Shown: positions 34,778 to 49,052, numbered from the stretch's first letter. The stretch is DNA of 64,000 bases from Mayamaea pseudoterrestris (GCA_027923505.1 BROI01000004.1:682001-746000); one strand, 5' to 3'. Notes: a model not told the origin generated them from the sequence alone. Translations and numbers: made by a program.

Positions 34778-35293
34778 GGTGAACGTGTATGTAAGGTGGT
34801 TGTTGTTGCTTGCTGGTGTCTGGATGGAACGATCGCAATGCGTGAATTTTGTGTGTGAAAAATCGCCAATGCGGTTTGGCTTGGCGCGAATGTGCGCGAA
34901 TGTTGGCGATGATGGGCTTGGACCGCGCGCGCTCCCTCCGATGTGAACCGACACGCAAAACGAAAAATGGGCGAGTGTGCTTTTGACAGCGAACGCATGG
35001 GAGAAAAAGAACTCGCGAGTCGTGGAAGTCGTTTGCTTCACAAATTCACAATTTCGATGGCGAGGTTTGGTTGACAACAAAAATGATGATCGAAGCATCA
35101 CGACGAATCTTTGATATGATTGTCTGAACGAGTAACAGCTCGATTGTGGAAGACGGTGTCGAGAGTAAGTTAAAATAGTAGACGAAGCGAAAGCTTTCAT
35201 CATGCTCATTCATTGCTTTGTTCTTCGTTCATCATCTCGTTATCTCGTTCCATGCAAAGTCGGCATACTGGTCACCTCATATAAAGATCTTTA

Positions 35294-38157
35294 ATGACAA
35301 CATCTACCATGACCGTTCACATGTCAACTCAGCACGAGTGCAATAAGAGCAATGGAAATGGTCATCGGCGTCGAAATTCTCCTCGGGAGGTCATTTTGCC
35401 GAGCAGTTTGGACTTTGAGCGCGTTGTGAACCTTTACTCCATCCAAGCGACCATTGATCAGCCAATGCACAGTCGAAAGGATACCTCATCACTACCGGAG
35501 GAAGTGCATCTACTGGGGTCGTCGCTGCAGGAGTTTTATGATTCGAATGCAAGCTCGTCGCTCAAGGACACATTTGCCCCTCCTCCGCCACCCCCACCGC
35601 CAATGCCACAAGTGCGAGAGTTGTCCCTCCTGTCGCAGAATCCCAGGCCGCTTGGATACACTGGAAGTGCAGCCACTCGATGGATACTTATTATTTTGAC
35701 TGGCTTGATGACTGGTCTTTCGTCCATTTTGATTGTCAAGTGCACCTCAGTGATTGAAGCTTGGAGGTCGTCCACCATGGACCGGCTTTGGCGTGAAAAT
35801 GCCTACTCGGCTACAATATTCTTGACGTTTGCATCACTAAATTTGATACTGGCAATGCTATCGGCAATACTGTGCGTCTATGTCGCTCCGGAAGCGATTG
35901 GGTCGGGCATTCCTGAAGTCAAGGCGTACTTGAATGGCGTCCGAGTCAAGCGATTTGCACGAGCGCGCTTGTTCTTTTCCACCATTGTCGCAACCATACT
36001 CTCTGTCAGTTCTGGTCTGGTAATTGGACCTGAAGGACCACTGATTAGCGTCGGGAGCTGCTTGGGGGCTGGTTGCACTAAGCTATACAGCGTTCTGCTG
36101 CGTCTTCCAAGAGCTTACCTTCCTGAGAGTGTCTTGTCCTTCATTGTGACAGATCTGTCACACTTTTCGAATGATGGCGAGAGACGAGACCTTGTGAGCG
36201 TTGGAGCCGCCGCGGGGTTTGCATCAGCTTTTGGTGCACCCATCGGTGGTCTATTATTCTCCATGGAAGAGGCTTCGAGCTACTTTGATCATTCAATGTT
36301 TCTAAAGACTCTTGCCGCAACAGCGGTGGCAACATTTTGCATTGCTGTTCATCACGGCAGTTTAAGTGATTACAGCATCATTTCGCTTGGCAGCTTTCAC
36401 TCGAACAATAGTAATATCTTCTTGAATCGAGTGGAAGAGCTTCCACTCTATGTGCTAATTGCCGTCGTTGGGGGCGTGATGGGCGGTGTGTTTGTCAGAT
36501 GCTGGACATTTCTTCAAAACCTACGCCGTAACACCTTTACTCAACGTCAAGCTCGGAATGCTTTCCAGCTTGGCCAAGTTGCCTTTGTGAGCCTTTTGAC
36601 ATCGGCGTTGACTTACTTCATCCCGCTCATTTGCTCTTGTCGAAAGATTGATGACGACGACGATTATGTCACCAAGCTCGGGTATGACTCGTGGAAAGAT
36701 CACGCTCATCAATTTGACTGCAATACTGGAGAGATCAATGAGCTTGCGGCCATCTTCTTTGGTTCCCGTGACGAAGCTATCAGCGCGATCTTGACTGACC
36801 CGAGGCAGTTCGAGGTGAAGTCGCTCGTTATCACGGGCATTTTATTCTTCTTTCTCATGACACTCACACTTGGAGTTGCATTGCCGAGTGGTGTCTTCAT
36901 GCCCACCTTTCTGATCGGTAGTTCACTTGGTGGCGCTGCTGGATCCGTTTTTGTGAATTGGTTGGGCCAAGAAGTCTCTCGGTCAACATTCGCATTGCTG
37001 GGCGCAGCAGCCTTGCTCGCGGGAATTCAGCGATCGCCAGTAAGCCTCTGCGTTATCATCATTGAAGGAACAGGGCAAGTTAAAACCCTTATCCCAGTGA
37101 TTATAACCGTCGTTATTGCGCGGTATGTCGGAGACTTGGTCAGTCGCCTTGGGCTATACGAGGCTGCTATGGAAATTAACCAGTATCCTTACCTCCATCA
37201 CGACGACTTGCGAAATTACGACATTATTGAAGTTAGCCGTATTATGAGTTCGCCGGTGGTAACTGTCGGTCCTCGTGAGCGTGCTGGGGATCTCGCCAGG
37301 ATTCTTCGTGACACGGATCATCGTAAGTTGTCATCGCTCGCTTGTTGTCGCTTACAGTCTTGCGCTTCAGAGGTCCTCGCTAATCACTGACACCAACTTT
37401 TACAGATGGCTTTCCGGTCGTAGACCCCGAGACAAAGGCCTTTCTTGGGCTTGTACGACGCAACCAGATCATCGCGCTCATTGAATGTGGACAGTTTGAC
37501 GATGAAAATGACGACGACAATGACATGGAATGCTCATATAATACGTCGACTTGTGACTCGAAGGACAAGCGGAACTGGACACCCAAGGCAGGTTTATCCA
37601 AAACACCTCTCATGCATCTTGCATTCGACATCAAGTCTGACAGGTACGAGCACATCTCTGACCCAAGCATTCCTCAGGAAACTACCGAAAGCATGCTTGC
37701 CGAAGACGATCACGACTCTCATGACTGGTTGGCGACGTTGAGCCGTAATCGCGATCGCTTACAGAGACTCGGTTTGCCTTTCGAAAGCGTGTTAAACTGC
37801 AGTCTACTACCACTTGAGAATCCCTTGCGCTCGGCAGGTGCGCAACGAGGAGCCGTTGTTGGCGTAAAAATGAAGGGGACTGTATACATCAAGTGGCTGC
37901 TACCGGCGAATCGAGTCAGGTATGTCAACATTGCGGCGGTGATGAATCGGGGCACGTACTGTGTCACAGAGTTTTGCCCGGTCAGCAAAGCGATTTCACT
38001 TTTTACAAAGCTGGGATTGAGACACCTCGTCGTACTTGGAGGGGTTGGAGGTGGCCAGGTGGTAGGCATGGTGACAAGAGTGAATTTGCTTCGGCAAAAT
38101 ATTAAGGAGCTAATAGCTGAACGGGCTGGCTACTATACGCAGAGAAAATATGGATAG
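35294..38157 (+). CDS. CLC: CLC chloride channel/transporter with CBS domains; intron 37323-37405
   Basis: 'GSGIPE', 'GPEGP', 'FGAPIGG..EE', 'GVFMP', 'GLYE'; CBS 'HHGFPVVD' across the intron and 'GLRHLVV..VGMVTR'. Confidence 0.95.
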
Positions 38158-38312
38158 CAACAAAACATGTAGTATGTCTTCTATTATGTTAATCAATCTT
38201 TCAACGAATAGTACGAGGTAAAACTGCAAGCTAATCGACCTCGTTATCTCGTTGTCCAAACAACGCCGCTATTTCGTCCACCATCGACAATTCGCTCCCG
38301 ATCGTCAGTTAT

Positions 38313-38570
38313 TTACTTCTTTGGCTGCTTTATTAGCTCTTCGCGAAGGTTCTTGGTAAAGTCGTCATCCATATCATCGTCCCAGTTGTCAACCCACATT
38401 TGATCCTCCATCTCCGTCTCGATCTTGGCCCAATTCTCTTGGTCAAATTCCTCAAATTCGTCATCCTCCTCCATTGCTTCTAAGATTTCTTTGGGAATTT
38501 GCGTTTTGCTGTCCTCTTTGGAAGACGACTCCTTCTTGTCAGCAGCGGCGGGTGTATTAGTCGTGCTCAT
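38313..38570 (-). CDS. SEM1: Sem1/DSS1 (proteasome lid / BRCA2 partner)
   Basis: 'EEDDEFEEF..ENW..WVDNWDDD..DDFTKNLREEL'. Confidence 0.92.
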   Translation of the reverse strand: MSTTNTPAAADKKESSSKEDSKTQIPKEILEAMEEDDEFEEFDQENWAKIETEMEDQMWVDNWDDDMDDDFTKNLREELIKQPKK

Positions 38571-39023
38571 GGTGAACTCTTTGTGCGTCGTCGTGCATCG
38601 TCGGATCCATGGTTTGTCGCAGAGGTTTTGCAGAAGCCGGTGTGACACATCAGCTACCTTCTGGTTGCGCTTGAGCGTCGACAAACAATGCGCGTTGACA
38701 AAGAAGCAGCAAAGTATTTTGTCTATGCAACTATAATAATAAGTAGTGACCGATTGAGTTTTGAGTTCGACTCAACGATTGGCACCTGTCACAGATAGCG
38801 GTGCACAGTATTGTAACGGTAGAGAGTCAAAGCATAATCAACAACAGCAGCAAGCTATATTTGAAATCTTTTTACTTTTACTAAACATGAAAGCCGATCG
38901 ACTACAAGGTGTAGGAACGAGCCTCAAGCAAACTCGAACGTTTGGGGTGCCCAGTCCTTCAAAGACATGGGTTCACCAACTACTTGGGCTCCAGCTGAAT
39001 TGGACGCTCAACCATTCGCGCGA

Positions 39024-40452
39024 TTACTCGGTGGCGTCGCAAACTCCCTGCGGACCAATCGCAAACTGCGCGTCGGCTTCCGGAAGTGTCGGCGAGTCAA
39101 AGACGGTGCAAATGCGGTTCTCGCCGCGGCCCTTGCGCAAACGGAGGCGAGTCGTCGAAGCATGAGCAATAATGTTGCCTCCAATCGGTTTAGTCGCATC
39201 TGTTAAAATGATAAAGGAGATTTTAGTTTTAATCATTATCAAACACTGCATGGCAATGAAAATGGCGCGGCATGCCACTCACCTTTCGCGAACGACATTC
39301 CATCAGGGTTGGCGACCACCTGATTTGTAATGAAAACTGCAACCCCAAATTCTTCGGCCAAGCGCGTCAACTGACGAAGAAACTGCGCCATTTGCATTTG
39401 ACGCTCGCTCAACTCTCCACGACCCGTATAATCCGTGCGAAACAAGGCCGTCGCACTGTCCACCACCAGCAACGCGTAGCGATCCTGCGCCATGATTGCT
39501 GCCGCCAGCTTTAAAAGCTCCATTTGATGCTCCGAGTTGTGCGCGCGAGCGTAGGCAACATTTTCAAGCGTAACGGCCGGATCCATGCCAAAGCGTTCGG
39601 CAATTTGCTGCAACCGTTCCGGACGAAAGCTGCCTTCCGTATCAATGTAAATGGCCTTCCCTTCGGCTCCTCCATCCTGGACGCTCATCTGGCAAGTGAC
39701 GCAGAGCGTGTGGCAGAGTTGCGTCTGTTGAATGGAATGAAGAAAATATGAAGCGTTTTAGTCAGCCATGATCTACCCCGACGACGACAAACTTGCTTCG
39801 ATTAAACAACTAATAAAAACGTTACTCACTTTTCCGGTACGAAACTCTCCGAACACTTCAGTAATACTTGAAGTTTCAATGCCTCCTTCCAAAAGCTTGT
39901 CAAGCTCCTGCGATCCCGTCGAAAGCGTCACCATCGTCTTGCGATCCTCCAATGCGTCAGCCGCCGTTTTAAAGTCCATGGGGACAAGGTTCTTGGTAAT
40001 CTCCTTGAGCTTGAGAACCTTGGCTTCCGAAATGCCCTTGACTTCGGAAAGCTTGCGAATCGTGGCGTGAGCAATCTGCGAGAGAGAAGGATGGAGTATA
40101 AGAGAATGAATGGATGAGCCAATGACACTTGATTGTTCGTGGGTTTGCTCGTCCGCAAGCTCTCCGCATACGTACCGACTCGACGGTGTAGAATCCGGCA
40201 GCATTGAGCTTTTGAATATCATTCGTCGCGACTCCATGCTCCTGGAGGACATCCAAGGGTTGGTACGTAATGGTAACCTGCAAGCAAGGAGAAGCAGCAC
40301 CGTGTCAGAGGAATGGTTCCAAATGATTCCAATGAGACAAGCGATGCTCTTTTTTCATTCACTCTTCTTACCTCCATATCCTCGGCTCCTTGTAGCTGCT
40401 GGCCTCCAGCCGCCGCAAGGTCGTACTGAACTGCTTCTGCTGTCGCCGCCAT
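39024..40452 (-). CDS. RAD51: DNA recombinase Rad51; exons 40452-40372, 40277-40176, 40075-39830, 39724-39283, 39199-39024
   Basis: Walker A 'GEFRTGK|TQ', '[12 protein letters not shown]', Walker B 'LLVVDS', '[14 protein letters not shown]', 'GRGENRIC'; four GT-AG introns. Confidence 0.96.
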
Positions 40453-40598
40453 GGTGAAAAATGATGCTCGTGGAAATGATGCTGCGAATTTGTGTGTGAT
40501 TGCTCGAGGAGCGATGCGTCCGATGCAGCGAGTATGAAAAGACCACGCCAGCCGCGTTTGCTCTGAGTTTGTGAAAGGCTAAATTATTCAAAACACAG

Positions 40599-40610
40599 TT
40601 TCGCGCCAAA
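40599..40610. promoter_or_regulatory. Candidate E2F site (two overlapping inverted TTTSSCGC)
   Basis: TTTCGCGCCAAA lies about 147 bp upstream of the RAD51 ATG, in the RAD51/ilvD divergent intergenic region. Confidence 0.5.
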
Positions 40611-40799
40611 CAAGAGCGCGCGCATACTTGAAACACTGCGACATTACCGAGCCACGACAGACGGTGATGGCAGCCAAGAAAAAGATCTCGTTCCAAGGAT
40701 CAAGACAGCTTGCCGTCACACCAACTACAATCCATCGCAGCTGATCCAAACGTGCATGCAGATCGGATAGTCTCGTCACTTTACAGCAGCGAGACGAAA

Positions 40800-42918
40800 A
40801 TGAGGCAGCAGCGTGACTGTTTGGTGGCCGCTTTGGCCATGGCAGCCGTAGTCCATGGCTTTGCTCCGCCGTCTGTGACAAGTCGACGCATGACGACGAG
40901 CCTTGCAATGAGCGACGCTAGCGAAGATGGTCCAGTTTTGAACAAGTACAGTCGGTATGTAATTATGGAGTGCGCTTGATCTGGGACATTGAATGCATTT
41001 ATCTCGTTGTGTACTTACATTCAATTGTACAATCATTAGCATCTTGACACAAACCAAGGTGCAGGGCGCCTCGCAGGCCATGCTTTACGCCACAGGCTTG
41101 ACGGAAGCCGACATGAACAAGGCACAGGTTGGCATTTGCTCCGTTTGGTACGAGGGCAATCCTTGCAATATGCATCTATTGGAACTATCGGCAAAGGTCA
41201 AGGAAGGTGTTGTTGATTCAGATTTGGTGGGATATCGCTTCAACACTGTTGGTGTCAGTGACGGCATTTCCATGGGCACGTCCGGAATGAGGTACAGTTT
41301 GCAGAGTCGCGACTTGATTGCCGATTCGATTGAAACAACCATGGGTGGTCAATGGTACGATGGTTTAATTGCCTTGCCGGGTTGCGACAAGAACATGCCG
41401 GGCTGCATCATGGCCATGGGCCGACTAAATAGACCAGCAATTATGGTGTATGGTGGAACGATTCGTGCGGGAAAGAAGCCTAGCACTGGAGAAGCCTTGG
41501 ATGTTGTCAGTGCCTTTCAATCCTATGGACAGTATATTTACGGAAAGATCTCAGAGGAGGAACGCATGGAAATTTTACAGCACTCATGCCCGGGTCAAGG
41601 AGCGTGCGGTGGCATGTACACAGCCAACACCATGGCCACGGCGATTGAAGCTCTCGGTACGTATTATAGTGAATGTCATCTCTATCTTATGTTTTGAAGA
41701 TCGACGGCACTGACTAAAACCTGCTTTCTCGCGCGATCAGGTATGTCGCTTCCATATTCCTCGTCGTCACCTGCCGATTCGACTGAAAAGGCCAGAGAAT
41801 GTTTCGAGGCTGGCAAGGCCATGCGAACCTTGCTGGAAATGGATTTAAAACCGCGTGACATAATGACAAAGGGTGCTTTTGAGAATGCAATTCGCATGGT
41901 CATGGTAACGGGAGGATCCACCAATGCAGTTTTGCACTTGATTGCCATGAGTCGGTCAGTGCAGGATCCATCGGTAGCAATTACCTTGGATGATTTTCAG
42001 CGCATTTCAAACATCACTCCGTTCCTTGCTGATTTGAAACCATCTGGTCGCTTTGTCATGGAAGACGTACAAAATATTGGAGGCACACCAGGTTTGATTA
42101 AGTTTATGATTGACAATGAATTATTTGACGGAGACCAGTTGACCGTTACAGGAAAGACGCACAGTCAAAACCTTGCCGACATGAACCATCCTGGTCTCAC
42201 TCCAGGACAGGAGATCATTCGACCGCTCTCCGACCCAATTAAGAAGACTGGACATTTGCTGATGATGTATGGCAACTTATGTCCAGGAGGAGCCGTCGCT
42301 AAGATAACTGGCAAGGAGGGCGAAACGTTTACTGGTACAGCACGTGTTTACGACAACGAGCCGTCCATGATGCGTGGGCTTGAAAACAAGGAAATCAAGG
42401 CTGGCGACGTTGTCATTATCCGGTACGAAGGTCCCAAGGGAGGCCCCGGTTTGCCGGAAATGTTGACTCCAACGTCGGCCATTATGGGCGCAGGTCTTGG
42501 TGATGTTGTTGCGCTTCTAACTGATGGTCGGTTCAGTGGAGGATCGCATGGTTTCTGTATAGGCCACATTACACCGGAAGCGCAAGTTGGAGGTCCGATT
42601 GCACTTGTAAAGGACGGGGACGCAATCCGCATTGACGCACGGCCCGACTGCAGGACCATCGACTTGCTCATTTCGGACGAGGAATGGGAGAAGCGACGGA
42701 AGGAATGGGTGCCGCCTCCTCTACGTGTAAACCAAGGAACTTTGTTTAAGTACATTCAGAATGTGGCAACGGCCAGTGAGGGATGTGTGACTGACGAAGT
42801 GGGAACCAAGTCGGCAGCCGAGATATCTATAGGCGCACCCAAGACTCCAGCGGTGGCAGAATTGGAAGCTAGAATCGCAGAATTAGAAGCCAAGCTTGGC
42901 GCAGGCGCGGTAGCATGA
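40800..42918 (+). CDS. ilvD: Plastid dihydroxy-acid dehydratase; introns 40955-41039 and 41657-41740
   Basis: 'GNPCNMH', 'VSDGISMG', 'GCDKNMPG', '[12 protein letters not shown]', 'TDGRFSGGS'; presequence 'VHGFAP'. Confidence 0.96.
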
Positions 42919-42976
42919 GTAGACGTAACATATAAAAACGTTTGCTGACTTCCTGTTCTATTTTGTCGCGCTGAAG

Positions 42977-45900
42977 CTAATCATCTAATGAGAGTAGCTC
43001 CATTACTTCCGATTTTGAGCTGAATCCGCCATCTATTCCACCGCCGCCGATAACTGACTTGCGACCTTCGTTAAGTGCTTCCTCTAACGCCTCCTCGTCG
43101 ATCTGATGTTCTTCTCTTATCTTATCAATTTTTGTTTCAATCGTTCCTTCAATCAGGTATCTATGCACGTAAGTGCGGCGGCATTGTCCAATCCGAAAAT
43201 TTCTTGAAATAGCCTGTGCGTCCAATCCAGCATTAAGAATTGGTTCAACCATAAAGCAATGAGTTGCTTCAAGTATAGTCAAGCCCTCGGCTCCATGTTT
43301 CACATCTAATAGCAACAATGTTACACTTGGGTCTCTGAACCGCACCACACTATCGCCAATAGATCGTCGCGAATCTGCCCGCACAAACCCCACCTCATTC
43401 GCAACGAGCGCGCTCTGTACAATATCCAGCATATCCTCCCACTGGCTGAATACAATCCCTTTATCGCCTTGGTCACGGACATCGAGAACGTCGGCGAGCA
43501 AATGCGTTACTTTGGTACCGTATGACCCCTTTACTTTTCGCGTGCTAGACGAACCATCGACCTTGCTGGCGTTGGATGCCAGCATAATATCTTGTGGGTT
43601 TGTCTTCAATGAGCACTTCTTCGGGCAAGTGATGAGTTGCCCTTTGGAATGCGCTTGGAACTCATCCAAGCACTTCTTGCACATGGAATGTCCGCACCTC
43701 AGCACCGCGCGCTCATCAAACGCATTTAAGCAGATAGGACACTCAAGTTCTTCGGCCTGCCCGAACACAAGGCTTTGCAAGTAACGCAGCTTGTCCTGCG
43801 CTCGCCGTAAGTCGCCGAGTGCCATAGCTTCCTTGGCTGCATGGTCATGGTAACGGCGGTGAATATCCACAGCCTGTACAACAGCATTCTTCTCGTCTTC
43901 TGATAGCTTTGTAAGATCTTCTCCTTCTTCGGACAAGCGCATCGAGCTTTTCACTTGCGCCAGCTCGTCGAGATCATTCAAGAGATCCAAGTGCACTCGC
44001 CACATCCTGTACGCTGCAATCTTTTCTCGTTTTTGAGCTTCCAAAAGATCGAAAAATGACTTTGCCCTTTTGGCAACACAGCTTCGATCGTCGATCTCAT
44101 TGAGGATTGACGTTCCAAGACTACTCCGCACTATGTCACCAAGGACGCGAAGCACATTTTCGGTAACTTTATCGCAAGACAAATCTTCCAATTCGCTGCC
44201 CAAATGGCAATGCCGACATTTTGGTCCAGTCTTGTACCAATCAACTTTGCAAACAGAGCATTCACTGTTCATTCGCAAAAAACGAGGCATGTTAGAGCCA
44301 ATTACTGCATCTTTTTTATCAAACTTCATCAAATGCGCCACCTACCTATTTTCAAGTATTTCCGCTGTAGATGGGTCATCTGATAGCGCCGCAACAGCAT
44401 CCATACAATTGGCATGTTGCCCAGGTGTAAGCTTAAATCGCGTGCTGCGATACTCAAACAGCTGAGCACCATCAATAGTACCGGACTCATCTTTACGGTG
44501 AGAGTCAGCTGATTTGATAGCTCGCGACTTCGTGTCTCCTTTTTTACCACCTATACCCGAACGAATCGACTGGATACGGAAATCTAAAGCTGTCATGAAC
44601 CCATGTGTACTGTTGAACGGAGGAAACTTAGGAACCTATGTCCAATCGAAGAAGATAGAAAGTTCAGTGAGAACATGGGCGTTAATCTAAGCACAAACAT
44701 CAACCTAAACTTACGCCACGTGAATCAAAACCTTGGCTGTTGCCTTCAATGTAGATATGCAGTTCTTCGCTCAGTTTTGACAAAATAGCCTGCTTTTGCT
44801 GGTCAGAGCCAAAAATATGGACTGCGCTCAGAAAATCGCGCCACCAAGTGTCTTCCCAACAATCCGCGGGTTGCGCTTGACGGTCTATACTGTGCAGGTA
44901 TAAAGCTTCCTCCTTGTCAATGCGCTCCCCAGTCGATTGTTGGAGCTTTCTCTTCGTCTCGCTGTGTAGCGAGCGAGCGCGTCCAAGGTACAATGATTCA
45001 ATGATCGCTGCCTCGTCTTGAAGTGAGGTTATTTGCGCATCAGTAACTTTTCGCGTTGAGTCATCCTCCAATGCAAGAAGAGACTGACACGAAACAACCG
45101 CATTAGTCAAAGCGTGCAAACGCTGGATAGGGTCGTTGCTTATATCTGCTTCATACATTTCAATGGAAAGACCGACGAATACCCCAAAAGGTTGGCCGGG
45201 AATACAAGGACAATGATCTGCTAGCTGGTGAAACGAGCTTACCACAATTCGCCAAATTTTCGACTTGTTTGTCATGAAACCAGCTTTCGTGATCCAATTC
45301 TCAACTGCCGCTTCACCGGAATAGAGCGGCATAAAAAAAGTAGCGACGTTTACAAAATCACCTCCGACCGAGTCAACCTGAACCTGCAAAATGCATTCTT
45401 TAGGATGCAACACTTGCCAGACAAAGTCAACCGATGCATCATCCCTTAATGCTAGCGGAACGTCTGCAACAGTGAGAATGCGCAACTGGGTTACTTTTTT
45501 CGACGTCGTTTCGGAAAAATCGATCGTGGCGGATACATCGCTCGGAATGCGATCCATAAACTGCCAAGCAATGTATCCAATTCCGTTCTTCAAGTGGGAC
45601 ACCCGTGACGAAAACCCGATACTACCAGTGACAAGCCCATCACCAAGAATGAGATTGGGTGTCGCATTACCCTTAACAAGCTTTAAAGCCTCTAGATATA
45701 GATCGCGACTTTTTGACAAAAGCAGGAGATCGGTTTCAGGGATTTCAATATCCCTCTGTTTCGCTATAACCTTTAATCGCGAGATGGCGGCAACAGCGTT
45801 GCGGTGCATAATAGCTAAACGCTGAGCTTCTTCGCACTTTAGTCGAGCATCTTCTATAAAAGTAATCAATATCTGTTCCATCGACATCACACGACGGCAG

Positions 45901-48768
45901 ACACTGTTTGAGGCCCCGTCCGTTGACCGGCGTAGTCTTTTCGGGTGAAATACGCCGCTAGATCCCACCTGAGGATGGCAACACGCTGCTCGAAGGCGAT
46001 ATAGTCGGTCCGTGACAGCCAGCTGAACAGCCTTGCGTTTCTTTCCTTTTTTCGTATCGCCATCCAACTCAGCAACAACCGAAAGAGCCTCTTGAAGCTG
46101 TTGATTGTAAAAATGTCTCTCAATTGACGAAAACCGAAGGACGACCTTCTTTTGTATTTGATCTAACAAACCGAGCTGTTGAGAGACAATATAGGATGAC
46201 TTTGTTGATCTCCAGAGTATACTGTTAAGTAAATGTGCGATCCGTTTATTAACGCATCCAAAGCCCTGAAAGTATCTGTTGAATATCTGTTTGATTGTAA
46301 ATGGCTTCAAGCGCAAAAATAAAAGAAGACCATATAAATCGTCTAATTTCCCCCGACCCAAAGGCGTTCCAGTAACCGCCCACCTGTGGCAGCCGGTCAG
46401 CTTGAGCGCCATTTTCGCCGAGCTCGCCGTCGATGACTCAACCCGTTGCGCCTCGTCCAGAATTATACGCCACCACCGTATGCTGATTAGAGGACTTGCA
46501 ACAATGCGGTAACGTTTGCGCTTTCGCAAGTGGGCCTATTATACGGGGGGAGAATTAAACTGTCAGTGCATTGCCAGTTAAAACACGCTACCTAATGCAT
46601 GTACGCACATCTTGATCAGCCGCGACGAATCGGTTGTCATCCGAATGGCAAAGATCCGACATCAGGCTATCAAAGGTCATTAAAACGATATCCGCCTTGG
46701 CAAGAATAGAAGGATGTAGAAACTGTCGCGACGCTGACGTGGAGCGAGTCGACTGCAAGGCTTTCACTCCTTCATACACAACAACATTCAAACCGCCTTC
46801 GCGCGACGTATGCTGCGCAATTTCGTGTCGCCATTGATCCAGAATAGCAGGTGGAGTAATAATAAGAGTTGCGCCACTATTCAAATCGTTGCTCCCAGAC
46901 GCAATACAGCTTGGACAACTGCTGGCGTAGCAAGTGAAGCACGGAATGGCTTTGTTAGTGAATCGTTGTCGAAGTTTGTAATGACACTGGCTGTTGGTCC
47001 CATCATGTTTCGGCCAATTGGCGCATTCCATGTGCATCGGCTCTCTGCACGAGGAACAAACCACAATTGATTGTCCTTCGCAATCCGTAAACCCAATGAC
47101 TTTGCCGCATATGCATGATCCGAGCTCGTCGTCGTCAGCCCACTCCTCCCTGACAATATGGCGCACATCCATTAGCTTCTCAGGTGTGACAGGTGCGGCG
47201 CGATTGCTTGCACAGACCGTTGTTGGATCAGTTCGACTGTTCCTTGATAAAGATTCCTCATCCGAAGAATCTTCCGCGTCACCAAACTCGGCCAAATCTC
47301 CCACAAAACCGACATTGTCACCGGAAAGATCAATCATTTCGTCAGCATTCGTCGCCCGAAGCTTTTCATCACTAGTCGTAGAGTCTGGGCTAACTAGTTG
47401 TCGATCATTTGCAATGGTAGTGGCAGTTACCGATTGGTGCACTTCACCGAATTGCGGCATTCGATGTGCCAGAATGCAGGCTAACACCTCAACCGTCTTT
47501 CCAAGTCCCATGGATTCAGCCAAAATTCCACCGCGAACGACTAATGCTTCATCACCAACAGACATTGCCCTTGCATCCTCGTAGCTAGTCGCGAGCCATC
47601 CAGTGAATTGGTTGTAATATAACGATGCCATGGGTGCATTTTTTAAAGACGCAGCCATATAGTCCGGCAAGAACGTATAACCTCCTTGATCGCAGTCATG
47701 CAACACCACCCATCCCAACTCCCACTCGCGGCTTGGTGCCGCTTGCTCCTCCCGCTCCAGCATCCATTCAACGGCTGCTTGCTGGTACGGCCGCAACGTT
47801 GGCAGCAAGCCAGGAAACACTCGTCGTCGACAAGTTGCTTGCTCCTTTTCGTCGAGCCATGTTTGCAGTTGCACATTGTCAACGACCTTGTATATTTGAC
47901 GCGCCGTCACATCCGGTACACTTGACGACGGCGCAGTGTTTGAGAGGCCAGGAAAGAAGCTTGCCAATACGGTGCGCATTTGATCGGCTTTCTGACGCTG
48001 CTTGGAGTGCGGACTGTTGAGCAGCGACACTGGCAGATTTAATGCATGGCAGGTTTCCAACGCCGCGCGAGTCACGTGAACATTGAGTGTCGTCGTCAAA
48101 ATCGTTGTTGTTTGAATCTCAAAGCGCAAAAAGGCTTGTTTCAAGCAAGCAAGTAGGTTCGGCAGCGACTCGACGCCAGGCAACGAATAATGCTTCCAAA
48201 GGTCGGCCACCCCAAGACTTGTGCTAACGATAGATGCTGGCGGCAGCTTCGAGCCTACTTCATCAAACTTAACGATTGTGTTTGGCAAAACAAAGCTGCG
48301 AAGAAGAAACGTTGGCGCATCATCGGCAGACGTTGTTGCGGTTCGTGGCGAAACCTTGAGAACCGTCACCTCATCGTCATTTTGCGACAGCATTATTTCC
48401 GGAGGCAACATTGCCGTGACAAGTGATTCGGAGAAGGAAACATTCTTTATTCTTCTTGCCTTTTTCCTGCGGGGCGGAGAAGCGCGCGGTCGTGCTGTTG
48501 GAACGACTATAATGTCCTGCGAATCGTCGTCACTGTCTTCCTTCTCAGACGCATCGTTAAATTCAACGTCCTGTGAATTGTCGGCATCATCAACCTCAAA
48601 TAATTGTCGCCGCGTAGTGCGTCGTTCTTCTTGTTCTTCCATCAATTCTTGCCGCAGCAAATCTTGTGGTGAAGATCCAGACGCGCGTCGACCAAGCCAC
48701 GCATCGTCCGACGATTCGTTCGAATCCACCTCTCGCCGCTGTACTGGAACAGATTTTGATCGTCCCAT
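42977..48768 (-). CDS. SHPRH: SHPRH-like SNF2 helicase / E3 ligase (PHD + RING); introns 46536-46608, 44636-44714, 44265-44345
   Basis: 'LRPYQ', 'GGILAESMGLGKT', PHD 'CICG..CSSC..H..C', 'ILDEAQ', 'VTGTP', 'LRAACCHPQ', RING 'CPIC..CGH..C..C', 'IVFSQW', 'QAISR..RIGQ'. Confidence 0.9.
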
Positions 48769-49052
48769 GTTTGCGAATGTTGATAACGCTTGCAAGCAAA
48801 ATGTAATGTAAAATGGCTGAGCCCTCGCCACAACCACGAAATTAACGCGGATGGGAGTTTCGAAAGAACATCAAGATGCGCTTGGGAACCAGGCTCAAAA
48901 CAGATTCCTCATTAACTACATGAAGAAGCTGGCGCTTGCAGAAAACTTTGGTTTAGCTAATGTGTCGGAACCAAAGCCTCCCCCATGAACACGCTGACGA
49001 TCGGGCGGACCAAGCGCGGTCAATCGTCACGGCAGAAGCTGTGCTGTCCCAG

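Noticed and set aside
36019..36045. CLC motif GPEGP instead of GKEGP
   Set aside because: The gating Glu is retained, and this variant occurs in other CLCs.
44265..44345. In-frame TAG at 44342-44344 inside SHPRH suggesting readthrough or a pseudogene
   Set aside because: It lies in an 81-bp GT..CTAAC..CAG intron whose removal restores the frame.
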